From the NCBI RefSeq assembly GCF_009914755.1, contig NC_060925.1: 64,000 nt of DNA; one strand, written 5' to 3'. A program made the position numbers and the translations under genes. The notes under the pieces are model-generated. The model was given only the letters and a program-made list of their open reading frames with translations, was not told where the DNA came from and ran no database searches. Numbering within the stretch: the first letter of the stretch is position 1; each line of letters opens with the position of its first letter. The stretch is from the human T2T-CHM13v2.0 reference genome, Homo sapiens. Shown here in pieces: positions 32,944 to 47,357 of this stretch.

Positions 32944-34655
32944 GGGTAAAGGCTCCTAATTTGAGTGTGTTTCTGTCTATGTCTTCTTGCAGCTCATGTG
33001 GTTTTGCATTTTTGAAAGCGGTTGCCATGTATCTGGTATAAAAATATTCACAAGTGTTTTACTTCTGCTGTAAATTGTGACTTTTTCTATTACAGTGTTA
33101 TTTGTCGTAATACTTTTTGGCATGGATTCTGCCTTGTCTGTTATCAGGATTACAAACGATAGGGGAAAAGATAAGACACTAACAAGTCTTCAGTTTACCA
33201 ATGATGAAATCAGGGCCCAAGGACTCTGGCAACAGTTGAAAGAATTATGATCATTAAGTTAAAAATGTTTATTACTTCTAAATCCTGATATTAAAGTAAC
33301 AGCCCAGCGTACTTCCATGTAGAAATGATGTCATTCTGAAATGGTATAAATAAAAATTATAGTCAATATTCTCATCATGTTCAAGCAGGGCATGGGCCAC
33401 AAACCCACCTAAGGACCTGGGAAGGGCGGGTTTCAATAACCTTCAGGCTGAATGCCACTCATACAAATAAGAAGCGTGGAAGCTGAGGGAAGGCCAATCA
33501 GTTGAAGTAGGGTGATTCAGCCCACTCAATATTTGAAATATTGGTTTTAATGAGATCCTAGGGCTCCATTTTAGAGCTACTAGAAGTTTTATGAGTGAAG
33601 AAGGGAGCTGTTTTACTGCACTATACAGAGTCTCCTTATCTTTCCCTTTTGTCATTCTTGCCATAACCTTATAGCCTCTAACTTAATCAGCCTGGCTTCC
33701 TTCACGTAATACAGCAGCACTTAACATTGCCTTCTTACTTTTCTTCTAAGTAGTTCTAGTTTCTATGTCTGAGCATCCAGGGAGGTAAATGCAAAGAAGG
33801 ATGGAAATAAAATATGGCTCAGCTGTGGCCTGAGCAGCCCCTTCCAAATGCACTCACGGCTTCTCTGCACATCTTGATATGTGAATGGGAAAGAAAAAAA
33901 AGCACATTTTGGTCCAGCAGGTTTTCTTCCCTTTGTCTCCCTCTGAGGTGCTCAGAGGCATCAGTAACAGAGCAGGAAGGCCCTGGCCAACAAACCTTAG
34001 CCTTTTCCTTTGATACCTTCCATTGGGAGCCTTCATACAATGCATTTGAAAGCACTTTGTCAGCAGACTCCTGCTTCAGGCAAACATTGAGAAAACTATT
34101 GAGGAGGCCTCAATGGAAAGGATCTGATCTGCCCCAGAAACTGCCCTAGTTCTCTGGCAGGAGAGCCACCAGCAGGAGAAGAGAAGTCCTCTCTCCTACC
34201 CCATTTTTTTTCTTTCTCCTTTTTCCTCTCCTTTCTATTGTAAGAATTGTGGGAACTCTCTTTAAATGAAAATAACTCTCAGGCTGAGCTTTGTCTCCCA
34301 ATGTGGATAAATGCCCAGATATCTCATATCCCCTCTGTAAAGCTGGAGTCTCAGTTTTGGATGATCACAAACTATTTGGGACAAATGTTTGAGCTCAAGG
34401 AGAAACACATGGTAGGTGGTGTGTGCATAGCTTTTTCTAAAGCACCTAAAAATTGAATACTTGTTCATCAGCCTACTGCTTGCAAGCCCTTTGCTACCAC
34501 TTGCTGGTCTGTTGTTTGCGCCTCTGCAGGCTGGCTCTGTGTCATGTTTGCATTGGTATCCGATCTCTCCCTGCACCACCCCTTGCTCGATTTTAATTGA
34601 ATTTAATGATTTCTGAACCCCTAAGCGTCTATCACTTTTTAAAATCCATACTACA

Positions 34656-34995
<340 letters not shown>

Positions 34996-35384
34996 CTACA
35001 GTTTCAGTATAAGCAAATGCTTAAGGTGACGATGCCAAGAGAAATAAAAGCTCTCTTTAGCTGCCTTCTTCTCCCGTCATTGAGAAGAGCCTTATTAGAT
35101 ACAGATGGATGAATATTCAAGAAGCCAGAGAGTGTGAAGAAGTGAGAGAGGCTGACCCTTGCCCTGAGCAATGCTAGACTCTTGGTTGGGAAGTTCTGTT
35201 CTGCCAGCACCCCTGAGGCCAGAGAGGCCTTGCTGGTCTTCTCTGCGTCTCCCTCAGGACATGGCTGCCCAGTGGAGGACATTCAGCCACTCAGCACTGG
35301 GTATGATCTTCCCTTAACCTATTCCCGTCTATCAAAATGAAGAGCCACTTCTAGATCTAAATTTCTGTAATTATCTGATAATTT

Positions 35385-36120
35385 ATGTTTTATTCTAATT
35401 ACAAATCTGGCCCATTAAAAAAAATTGAGACTGTATCAGGGTATAAAGAAAAAAGACACCCATGATTCCAGGAGTCAGGGATAACCATTAGTGGCTTTTT
35501 AGTGTGTTACCTTCTCATCTTTTTTCATACATCTGTAGTTATTTTGCAGAATTAGATTCCTGTGTGTATGCAACATTTTCTTCACTAACCTTATCTCTTG
35601 AACATTTACCTGTGTCATTTAGTATAAACTGAAAAATAAATATCCGTGAAGACTCTAGATCATTACATTATGTGGATTATATTTTATTTAATGAATACCT
35701 TATCGTTGTATATTTAAGTGTTTTGCTGTGATAAATGATGCTGCCATGAATATGTTTGCACACAAATCTTTGTACACATCTGCGTTTATTTCCTTAGTAT
35801 ATAATTCTAGCAGTCAAGGTGTTTTGATATTTTTAAGGCACTTAATACACAATGCCAAATTCTACACCAGCACTATATGAATGCCCAGTTTCTGGAACCC
35901 ACTCCAATACTGAATGCGATCTTTGCGTATTTGATAGTTTAAAATTATACCTCACTTTAAAAGTTGTTTCCTTTTCTTGCTCATTTGGTTGAATGTTTTC
36001 ATGTGTCTATCAGCCATTTAAATTATCCTGCTAAATTTTTTTCTGTGGCTTTTAGTCTTCCTTCCATTAGGATATTTGGGTTTTTCTTAGTGATTTTTAA
36101 GAACTCTAGGATTCTATTAT
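35385..36120 (-). mobile_element. Old L1ME-type fragment
   Basis: 'tttgctgtgataaatgatgctgccatgaatat...tttccttagtatataattctag'. Confidence 0.65.
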
Positions 36121-36193
36121 TTTAAAATATAAATTGAGTTACCAAAATAGTTTAAATTTTAACAAAACTGCTGTAGCTGGCCTCCTTTTATAA

Positions 36194-36622
<429 letters not shown>

Positions 36623-36959
36623 TGACCTATTATCTAAACATAATTGATGTACAGTGTTGGTTAGCAGAGCTAGTAGGAGAATTTTTAGTCCATTAGGAGT
36701 TATAAGAAAAGCTTTTAGAATGAATTGTCCCAGAAAGGAGAGCTGGAAGAAAAAAACCCAAAACAATATTCCACATCCACATATATGACCTAATGTTAGC
36801 GGAACATCACAGAGGACAAATATCGCAAATCAGAACAAAAGGACAGCTCAGAGGTATTTTTCAAATTGAACAAAATTGTATGCATGCAAAATATAAATAG
36901 AATGATATTAGAAAGATTTTATCAAATCTTAATGTTTCGGCACTTTTTTCCTGCTGTTT

Positions 36960-37410
36960 TTAAAGAAATAAAACATGACAGAACAGTTGACACCTCTGCA
37001 TTTCTCCTTTTATCTCATCCCCCTTTCATCTATAACACAGGTGGCTTTGATTTTGAATATGGTGCTTATCATCTGAGTGTGTGCTTTCATGCTTTGATGA
37101 CATAAGTGTACAAATGGTATCATACTTTGTTTCCTATTGCAACATTTCTTTTCTCATTCAATATTATATATTTGAGATTGATCCATTTTAATAGTATTAC
37201 ATCATAGGAGATTTCACAACTTATTTATTCACTCTCTCATGTATGGTCATTCCAGTATTTTGCTCTTGCAAATGTTGCTACAACGAGCATTGTTGATCAT
37301 GCTCCCTTTTGCACACAGATAAGTTTCTCTAGGGTGGAAATGGAATTGATTGCTAAGTCATAGGTATGGATCTCCTTCTTTTCTAGAAAGAGCCAAATCA
37401 TTTTTCAAGT
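36960..37410 (-). mobile_element. Old L1ME-type fragment
   Basis: 'tttgagattgatccat...ttccagtattttgctcttgcaaatgttgctacaacgagcatt'. Confidence 0.6.
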
Positions 37411-37471
37411 TTTTAAGGTATTATATAAATACCTGCATTTCCCCCAAGGACATTTTACGTAAATGATGCCA

Positions 37472-37690
37472 GTTAATATTTGTGAGTGCTTCCTATGGGC
37501 CAGGAACTGTCCTAAGGGTTTTATATGATTCCACACATTTGATCCTCAACTATTCATTTGACAAGTGAGGAAACTGAGATTCAGAGAACTTGAGGATCTT
37601 GGCCAAGGTCTTATAGCAAGTGCCGGAGCCCACTCAAACCCCTCGGCAGTGTCGTTCTCAAGCCCTCTCTCTTAACCCCAGGCTGTGCTC
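37472..37690 (-). mobile_element. MIR
   Basis: 'gagtgcttcctatgggccaggaactgt...tgaggaaactgagattcagagaa'. Confidence 0.75.
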
Positions 37691-39404
37691 TAGGTGCTAG
37701 AAAGACACTACCCATGCCAGTTTATAGGGATATAAAGGCAGCGGCTATTTAGGCTGTAAGAAAACTCCAACAAACCGAAGCAGCCTTCCTAGAGCATTGC
37801 TGTTGTACAGATAGGAAGAAGAACCAGATGGTTGCTCAATGTGTCCAAGGTCCGCCCGTCAGTGACTGATCCAAGACTAAATTCCAGGCTCTAGACGCAC
37901 ATGGCAGCCAGGTTCTTTGCTCCCTGGCTCTCGCTGTCTCACTCTCCCTTGCTCCCTCCTTCCCTGTGTATTCCTGAAGGCATATAGCTACATCTTCATG
38001 TGCTTTTAATTTCTTTTAGCCTAGAGTAGACGCTCATAATAGAAAGGTCAAATAAAATTTTTTAGGAGTAGTAATGGATGTAATCTTGTACATGTACATG
38101 TTAATTGCAGCACTTTAATCCCCATTCTAAGTACCAAACTTTCCGGATTAATTTCCTGCATCTGTTGGTAACACGGGACTCAGTCTTCTGACCAGATTCT
38201 TTGCCCAAGGGCCCTCATTTACTAATGAGTAATCACTGCAATTTCAGAGAAAATGCTACTGGTACACTCATGTTTGAACATTCATCAAATATGACGTGAG
38301 CCCAGTTAGGAGAGATGTTAGCGTCCTTAGCCTACAAATAAGGGCATAGAATTAAATCTCCCCACGCTATAATTTTGTTGGGGTTATTACTTGCATCAAT
38401 GTTTGGAACAGTTGGTGATAAAACGTTTCATGGTCTTACAGCTCAGTAGATAGGAGCATGTCATGAGTCAGGCTTACCAAAGGACTTACTGCAGACTTAC
38501 TTCCCCTTGCCTCCTGTGATTCAAGCCAATTTTGCAAAGAGAAGACAGAGGTGGAAGAGGAAGTCCCTTCAGCAGGAATGCATTTCTCTTTGTGCACATA
38601 TCACAGACACACAGCACTGACACACTAATTATAGCTTTAGGTTGAGCATTTCCAGTTTCTGCATTTTGTTTGCAAACAGCCCATTATTTCTATCCTGTGT
38701 GCTGGAAAAACACAAAATGAAGCAGTCTAATCACTACTGTTTCTGGTAGGTCCAGCTGTCTACCTGTCTCCCCTCTTTTGGTTTTATTTTTTTCAGGGTG
38801 GGCCTGTAACTCCTCTTCTATCCCCACCCGATTTTGTTTTTTGGAATCTTTCTAACCTGCCTGCAGACCAGGGGTTGCAGTTCCAGCTTTCCATGATCTT
38901 ACCTGTGTTCAGCCTTATCTATTTTGTATTGAAAGAAACAGTCAACACAGTCAAATCCTTTATACCTTCCTTAAGACTGCACTGGTGTGGCCTACATAGC
39001 CACCTGTGTGCCAGCTGCTGTTTGTCACTAGGAAGACAGGGTGGGATGTGCGGGTGGTATGACCGAGGTGTGAAGAATCTCAGGGTTGGCTGTGTCAGTG
39101 AAGGAGTGAACGGGCACTTTGGGGTCACCTGAACTGGGAGAACTAAGTTCTCAAGCAGCAAAAACAGAGGCACAAAAGTGGATAAAAACCCAATAGTGCA
39201 GACCTGGAGCTAGGCTTCTTCTCTCAGTGGTGGCACAGAAAAGGATGAAAGTCTCTGAAATGTGCACCTGTGATTCAGGTTGCCACCCACTGAAAAATCA
39301 TGATTCAAGATCTCTCCTCCTCATAAACCTTTTTTTTTTTTCCCTGCCTGCAGCCTAAGATAGAATTAGGAAGTCAAGAAAGGCTCTAGATGACTTTCAG
39401 AGTG

Positions 39405-39697
39405 TTTTTTGTTTGTTTGTTTTTTCTTTTTGAGACAGTCTCGCTCTATCATCTAGGCTGGAGTGCAGTGGCATGGTATCGTCTCACTACAACCTCTGTC
39501 TCCCAGGTTCAAGTGATTCTCCTGCCTCAGCCTCCTAGCAGCTGAGATTACAAGTGCCTGGCTAATTTTTGTATTTTTAATAGAGACAGGGTTTCACCAT
39601 GTTGGTCGGGCTGTCTCAAACTCCTGACCTCAGGTGATCTGCCCACCTCGGCCTCCCAAAGTGCTGGGATTACAGGCATGAGCCACCACGCCTGGCC
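39405..39697 (-). mobile_element. AluS with small internal deletion
   Basis: Antisense Alu. Confidence 0.92.
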
Positions 39698-39785
39698 CAG
39701 AGGTTTGTTTTTTTTGTTTTGTTTTTGTTTTTGTTTTTCCAGAATTAGCACATCTTCTCTTCTCTGGGTCATTTTTCTCTTAAAT

Positions 39786-39993
39786 CAGAGATTGCAAAAT
39801 GTGGTCCAAGGGTCAAATCCAGCCTGGAGTCCCCTGTTTTGGTAATGTTTCCTTGTAACACAGCCACCCCCATTTTTTACAGGCTGTCTGTGGCTGCTTT
39901 TGTGATACGATGCAGGAGTTGAGAAGTTGGACAGAGACCATATAGTTTAAAATATTTACCACCCTAGCCTTTGCAGAAAGTTCGCCCACCCCT
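39786..39993. mobile_element. MER58A (hAT-Charlie)
   Basis: 'caaatccagcc...aacacagccac...tggctgctttt...aaaatatttacc...ctttgcagaaagttcgcccacccct'. Confidence 0.8.
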
Positions 39994-40736
39994 TAGAGTA
40001 CAGAAAAAGAAAGATTTCAGAGATGTCAGTTTGGGAAGGTCCTTGAAAAGTCACTTGGCAAAGAAAAGTTGTGAGAAGAAGGTTGATGTTTTGTCAAAGA
40101 AATGCAACGATGACAGATGCCAACCTGCCTTTTCTTCCAGCGGCAGAGGACCTCAGGCCGTGGTGTGCATGCCCGTGTATCGGTGTGGGTATGTGCACCT
40201 GCACACATGTGTGCTTACACGCAGCTCAAAACGGTGCCACCCTGTCCAGAGTTATTTTGGCCATCATGGTTCAAATCAACAGACTTTTCTGGAAAGCTTC
40301 TGCACACATGCCATGCTCAGAACAGGAGGTGCAAAGATGGGAAAGGATTCTGCCTGATATGCAAATAGTGACCGAAAACAAATAGTAAGGAGTGAGGCTG
40401 ATGGAGAGCTAGGGGAAACAACTCACTGTCCCTGGGAGGGCTGCAGAGGACCCAGCACAGGCGTTCTGGGGTGTAATCTTCCTTCCATTCTCGTGAGAGA
40501 AGCTGAGTGGAAACCAAGAGCCTGGCTTTTCAGTGAGGACATGAAGCCTCTGATAGTTGCCTTCCCTCTGGAGGTGAAGCAGTCCTGGAAGAAAACATAT
40601 TCTTACCTCAAATTCCAAAACAACATGTGGGGACTCTGTTGAGAAGCCTGGGTGACCTAGGGCTGACGTGGTAGAATCCAGACTGATTCTGCTTCTGCTT
40701 TCTCTTAAAGTCAGCTCAGTTTTCCCAATTTTTATC

Positions 40737-40870
40737 TTTTTTTTTTTCAGGGTCTCTCTCTGTCACCCCAGCAAGAGTGCAGGGCTCACTGCAGCCTTGA
40801 CCTCCCAGGCCCAAGCAATGCCCCCACCTCAGCCTCCCAGGTAGCTAGGATTACGATTGCACCCCACCAT
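40737..40870 (-). mobile_element. Alu right-arm/FRAM-like fragment
   Basis: Single monomer 'gctcactgcagccttgacctcccaggcccaagc'. Confidence 0.8.
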
Positions 40871-41263
40871 GGTTTTCCCAATCTTATAACTAATTAGATC
40901 CGCTCATCACGTGTCCTGCAAGCATGCAGTGGCATGTCACAGTGCCCATCTGACAGCAGGGCAGGGTCGTTTGTTGAGAGAAACCCACTGAGGAGGAAAT
41001 AAATTAATGTCCATCCTTTGCTCCCATCACCTCCAGCTGCACCATCCTTCACCAGGACCCATCAGAGCTTCCCCGGGGATGCTGCCCTGTGGTTCTCGGG
41101 GAAGCTGAGAGCTCTATGTTGCATCTTCCAGGGCACCTGTGGTCTCCGAAGTGTTGGCTGCAAGAATGGCTAAGCAGCGCACTCTCTTCAGACAAGAATA
41201 GTATTTTAATTGCCGACAGAATGCAGATATCGTTTCCACTATTGCCTCTGACACTTAATTTTA

Positions 41264-41596
41264 GGCCGGGCATGGTGACTCATGCCAGTAATCCCAGCCT
41301 TTAGAGAGGCTGAGCCTGGAGGACTGCCTGAGGCTAGAAGTTTGAGACCAGCCCTGGCAACATGGTGAGACCCTGTCTTTACCAAAAAAAGAAGAAGGAG
41401 AAGGAGAAATTAAAATTAGCCAGGCATGGTGGTGCATGCCTGTAGTCCCAGGTACTCAGGAGGCTGAGGCAGGAGGCCAGGAGTTTGAGGTTACAAGTGA
41501 GCTATGATTGTACCACTGCACTCCAGCCTTGGCAATGGAGAGAGACCCTGTCTCAGAAAAAGAAAAAAAATTAAAAAATGAAAAAAAGAAGAAGAA
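41264..41596 (+). mobile_element. AluJ
   Basis: Diverged dimeric Alu with expanded GA-rich linker. Confidence 0.88.
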
Positions 41597-42084
41597 ATGT
41601 AAGTTTAGGCATCTTGAAGGCAGGAGATTTTGACTGGTAATGGTGGAAGGATTTTGCAAAACTCCATGAGTTGACCTCATTCCTCAGAAATTCCATTGAG
41701 AATGGAGGGTGTTATGTGAAAATCCGAATCACAGGGGATGGCTTCGAGACATGTGGAAAGAATGCCGCCATTACATATGCACGCGTAGTGTTTGCCCCAG
41801 AGGAGGCTTTTGAAAAGTTCATCTACAATGTGCTAAAGTCGAGTTTTGCAGTGACTTCCTAGCGCATTTAGACTGGGCATAGTTTACATTACTGAGTATT
41901 TATCAGCCAGCAAATCAAAGCCAGAAATAGGTTACTCCTTTGTGGAGCAGGAGACAGTGACTGTCCTGGGAGGAAGTGACTGTCACAGCAATGGATTCCT
42001 TTAGTAGCATCTTCACTGTGTATTCACCGGGTACCCACCGTGTTAGCGATGACAGCCACCCTGTATCAGGTACTCCCAAGTGTC

Positions 42085-42240
42085 CGTTCCCCTGTTACTG
42101 AGCACTTTACAGGCACTCTTGTTTTGTGCTCACAGTAACCATTGAGGGAGATGAGGCACAGAATATGAAGTTAGTTGCCAAAAGTTGCCAGAGCTGGGAT
42201 TTGGGCTCCAGGTGGACTGACTTTAGAGGCTGTGCCCTCC
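42085..42240 (-). mobile_element. MIR
   Basis: 'ttactgagcactt...cagagctgggatttgggctccagg'. Confidence 0.6.
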
Positions 42241-42639
42241 ATCCTTGCCCTGAACAACCTCCTGTGAAGAAATCAGTGTGAATGAATGAATGAATGAATG
42301 AATGAATAAGACCTGAAGAGGCAGGCAGGCTCTGGGAGATGCAGAGACAACTTCTGCCCAGTTTGTGCTCAGGTTGTGGAGACAAGGCTTCCTACGAGAC
42401 GCACACACAGAAATTTGGCAGAATGGGTAAGTGGATAGCACACAGTATGAGGTGGGTCCAATGACTGCTGAGATTCCCTCTGTCCTCCACCCACACTTTC
42501 TCAACGGTGTCCTTCTCAGAAGAGAACCTGCTTCTTCGACCGGCCTGGTAGGAACAGCACTCACCACCCATTTGTGTGCCAGTACAGGTAAGTAAGAGTG
42601 CTCCCGGCCGCCCTTCAGCCGTGGTGCTCAATCTGCTGC

Positions 42640-42790
42640 ATGCATCACCTTAGCCAATCCTCACGTCAATCCCACTAGGTAGGGATTATCACTGCAGTTA
42701 TATAGACAAGGAACCTGTGGCTCAGGGAGGTTAAGCTACTTGCCAGATCTCATGGCTAAGAAGTGGCAGAACCAGGATTCATGCAATGGT
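42640..42790 (-). mobile_element. MIR
   Basis: 'aggaacctgtggctcagggaggttaagctacttgcc...aagtggcagaaccaggattc'. Confidence 0.7.
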
Positions 42791-43763
42791 GTGGCCGTCC
42801 TTCAAATCCTGTGAACCTCCCATGGGAACCTCCCATGACATCTTGTGTCTCCCCTGGATATACATCCGTACCATGACGGGTTTTCTTTTTTCCTGGTGGG
42901 AAAGGGCAGCTGGGGGTGAGAATGCTCCAGAGAGTGGCAGAATGGAGCTATGGACATGAAAGTATTTGGATCGTTGGGAAGTGCAGAGGTCAGCTCCGCA
43001 CACACTTCCTGGGACTTTGCAGTCAATGGTTACTGAAGTTACTTAATACCCACTTGTCCCACGACTGGTGAGTCCCGCCTATTGCCTGCTGTCCTGTGGT
43101 GCAGCTGCTGTTTGTCCATCTCCAGGGCCACCAAAGCCCGTCTGGATTGTGATTCAAGGTGTAAGAGGACATGGAAAAAGAACTGATTTGTGTTGTATGA
43201 GTTTAGTTTAACTTGATTACAGGAAACTGTTGGTGGGTGAATGTAGGATTTCATTGCGTATAAACATTTCAGAGACAAGTCCCTTTCAGCTACTTTCTAC
43301 TTGGGAATACTTGTGAGGTTTTTCACCTAAGGCTTCCCCGTAATGATTTTGTCCTGATGATTCATTCCTTAATTAGTGGTATTTTATTGCCGCTTTGCCA
43401 CAGAGCTTTCAAAACCATCACCTCCTCCTCCTCCTCTGGAAAACGTGCACAGACTTTGCCCACATTTAATCATGCCATCCCCACCCTTTCTAGTCTTTCT
43501 TCAAACTTCTACCAGTTCCTGTGTTTCTGAGAGGAGCCCAAGTCAAACACTATGAGATAAACATCAAGAGCTTAAAATGAATGCATGTTCAAAAAATATG
43601 CTGGTCTCTGATTCCAAACATGGCTACTGCTAACCCATTGAAGACCCATCAAAGACCTGACTATTCTGAATTGTTTTAATAGCAGTGAGGGGTGAGTCGA
43701 TGTCTCAGGAGAGGATGGCCCAGACCTAGGTAATGTGTGTCCCGTCCCCCGACCCAGTGAGCA

Positions 43764-44126
43764 CGTGTGTGCATCTGTGGGTGTGTGCGTGTGTGGGTGT
43801 GTGTAGGTGTGTGTGTGTGGGTGTGTGCGTATGTGGGGGTGTGTGTGGGTGTGTGCATGTCTGGGTGTGTGGGTGTGTATGTGTGCGTGCGCGTGTGGGG
43901 GTGTGTGCCCGTGGGTGTGTGTGGGCGTGTGCATGTGTGGATGTGTGGCACCATGTGTGTGGGTGTGCGTGGGTGTGTTCCTGTGTGGGTGTGTGGGTGT
44001 GTGTGCACGTGTGTGGGTGTGTGCTGTGCGTGTGGGTGTGTGGGTGTGTGCATGTTTGGCACCGTGTGTGTGGGTGTGCGTGTGTGTGTGTGGGTGTGTG
44101 CATGTGTGAGTATGTGCATGTGTGTG
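43764..44126. repeat. Complex (TG)n/(TGTGGG)-rich simple repeat
   Basis: Directly visible; source of the His/Thr- and Cys/Val-rich pseudo-ORFs. Confidence 0.97.
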
Positions 44127-44271
44127 CAAGCGTCTGGCACACGGTGTTTTTGACTGGACTGAGGTTGTGGTACCAGAGTCCAGAAGACAGACAGTTGAAG
44201 TTGTGTCGTGGAGGGACACTGACATGAAATCTGGCAAGTCATGTCCAAACCAGGTCACTAATCAATTGTGA

Positions 44272-44701
<430 letters not shown>

Positions 44702-46056
44702 CATTGCCTCATTTCTTCCTCCAGCCGCCTGTGGGTGGGGACTGTTCCCGCTGCAGTCTCCTGGGTGAGAGATGAGGGAGCTGCTGGTGAGAGGCGGTTG
44801 CCCCATCACCTAAGCTCGTGACCAGGGGAGGGGGGAAGAGCATCACTGCTCAGGCAGGAGCCCCCATGCCTCCTGCTTGGGGTTCACTTAAAGGCACGGC
44901 TTAGAGAGATTCTATCGACCAAAGGATGGAAAGAGCCACGGAGAAAGTATCTTTCCGGTTTTTGCTTTCCTCTGTGTTCCGTTTCCTTCCCATTTACACA
45001 GGTGCCTTTAGCACGTAGATATTCACAGCTCTCTAGAGTCACCAACTCCTCGAATATCCCTGGGGTCCTGGCAGAAAGCGGATGGCGCGCTGCGTCTAAC
45101 GAGTTTTTGGAAAGGACTGTTTACAAAAGCTGTCGCAGGTGCAGGCAAGCCGTGGTGCGCAGTGCTCCTGCCAGCCGCTGGGGAGGCCTGAGGGCAGGAG
45201 GGGAAGCCACGACCACCACCCCGAGAGGGAGGACCCGGGAGCATCAGCTGAGAGGCATCATGGGACAGGAGCCAGGAGGACAAGTGCCCTGTCCTCTCCC
45301 ATCTCCTTCTGCGCTCTCCAAGGGCTGAGCCCATCCTGAAGCCAGAAGGAAGCCTGTCGAGGCAGCTTGCATCCGTCTGCCTCCTGGCGCAGAGCCGAGT
45401 AGAGAGATTGAAGAGTGGACCTGGACGGGCAAGTGTTCATAGAAGGCGCTCAGTACGAGCATCTCATGAAAACAGTGGGCCCTGCTGCTCAGAAAAATGC
45501 CCAAACACACCAAATGTGGCATATGTTTTCAGGGGATCCATATACCCCTTTTAGCCAGTCTCTGGACCAGACTGTAGAGTAAGAGTCTGATTTAGATCGA
45601 TGGGAATGTTTGTTTGTTTGTTTGTTTCCCTCCTGATAAAAAATCCTGGGGTTTGTGCTCTCCTTTAAGTCTGTAACAGCTGAGTGAACAAATGGCCTGC
45701 ACGCCGGCTCCCAGGTCAGATGTCCAGCAAGCAGACGCTTCTTTTCTTGTTTCTCTGTCTCAAGGGAGCAAGTAAGTCCAGAAGAAGAAAGGATCTGGTG
45801 AAGGAGGCTGCAACCCGAAGTTATTTTAAGAGAGTGTTGAAAATGAGGGCTATCTAAAGCAGAATGTGTGGCTGGGATTTACAAGGTAAATCAAAGCAGC
45901 TGTAGGAAGGAAAGAAAAGATTTTCAATGACAAACGTTTTCCTTTTTACTTGTTCTTTTGAAAGAAAGGGGAATGTGTGGGCAGACAGTTGTGAGGATCT
46001 TGACTTAAATACTTGACTGCCTTTTCACATGCATGCTTTAAAAACTCTCTGGTTCC

Positions 46057-46448
<392 letters not shown>

Positions 46449-47003
46449 CTAGATAATAAAGTCACTCAAGGTCTTGGGTCCAACCAGATGCTAAAAATGG
46501 CTGTTTTTGCTCAACACTATAAGACTGGAAGTCAGGGAGCTTTGGACTTTGGACATTTGGAACTGAGGATTCACCTAGAACATCAACGTTTTTGAACATT
46601 CCATAATAAAATAAATCCTGTTAACTCTTAGGCATTTATACCCCCAATGTGGTGGGATAAAAGGATGAGGAAAAAAGTGGCACCAAGATGATGCGAGCTC
46701 TTTATGCTGTGTTTCGGTCTCATCCCATTCAGATGCTTCTTCATGGAACATTTCCAGGCAGTGGTGCCTGATATTCTTCATTTCTTGAAAATTCTGGTTT
46801 TGTTGCCCTGAGAGTTTGAGATGAAAATCTGGTTCCTGGAGAAAAGGGTCTTCTTCTATCAATGAAGCCCGTCAGTGTTTGGTTCTGGAGTGACTGCAAA
46901 CAAAAAGAGCCCTCCAAGTCTCAGCTCTTCCCCTCTCTGCTGGTAGATGGAAATCTCTGGATCTGAATTCCTAATGGGCCCCACCAGTCTGATATTTTAA
47001 TTA

Positions 47004-47357
<354 letters not shown>

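Noticed and set aside
33201-33288. Box C (ATGATGA) ... box D (CTGA) snoRNA-like spacing
   Set aside because: No terminal stem or recognisable rRNA/snRNA guide; such motifs are common by chance.
43572-44258. Long His/Thr- and Cys/Val-rich ORFs (up to 228 aa)
   Set aside because: Translations of the stop-free TG-rich simple repeat in all six frames.
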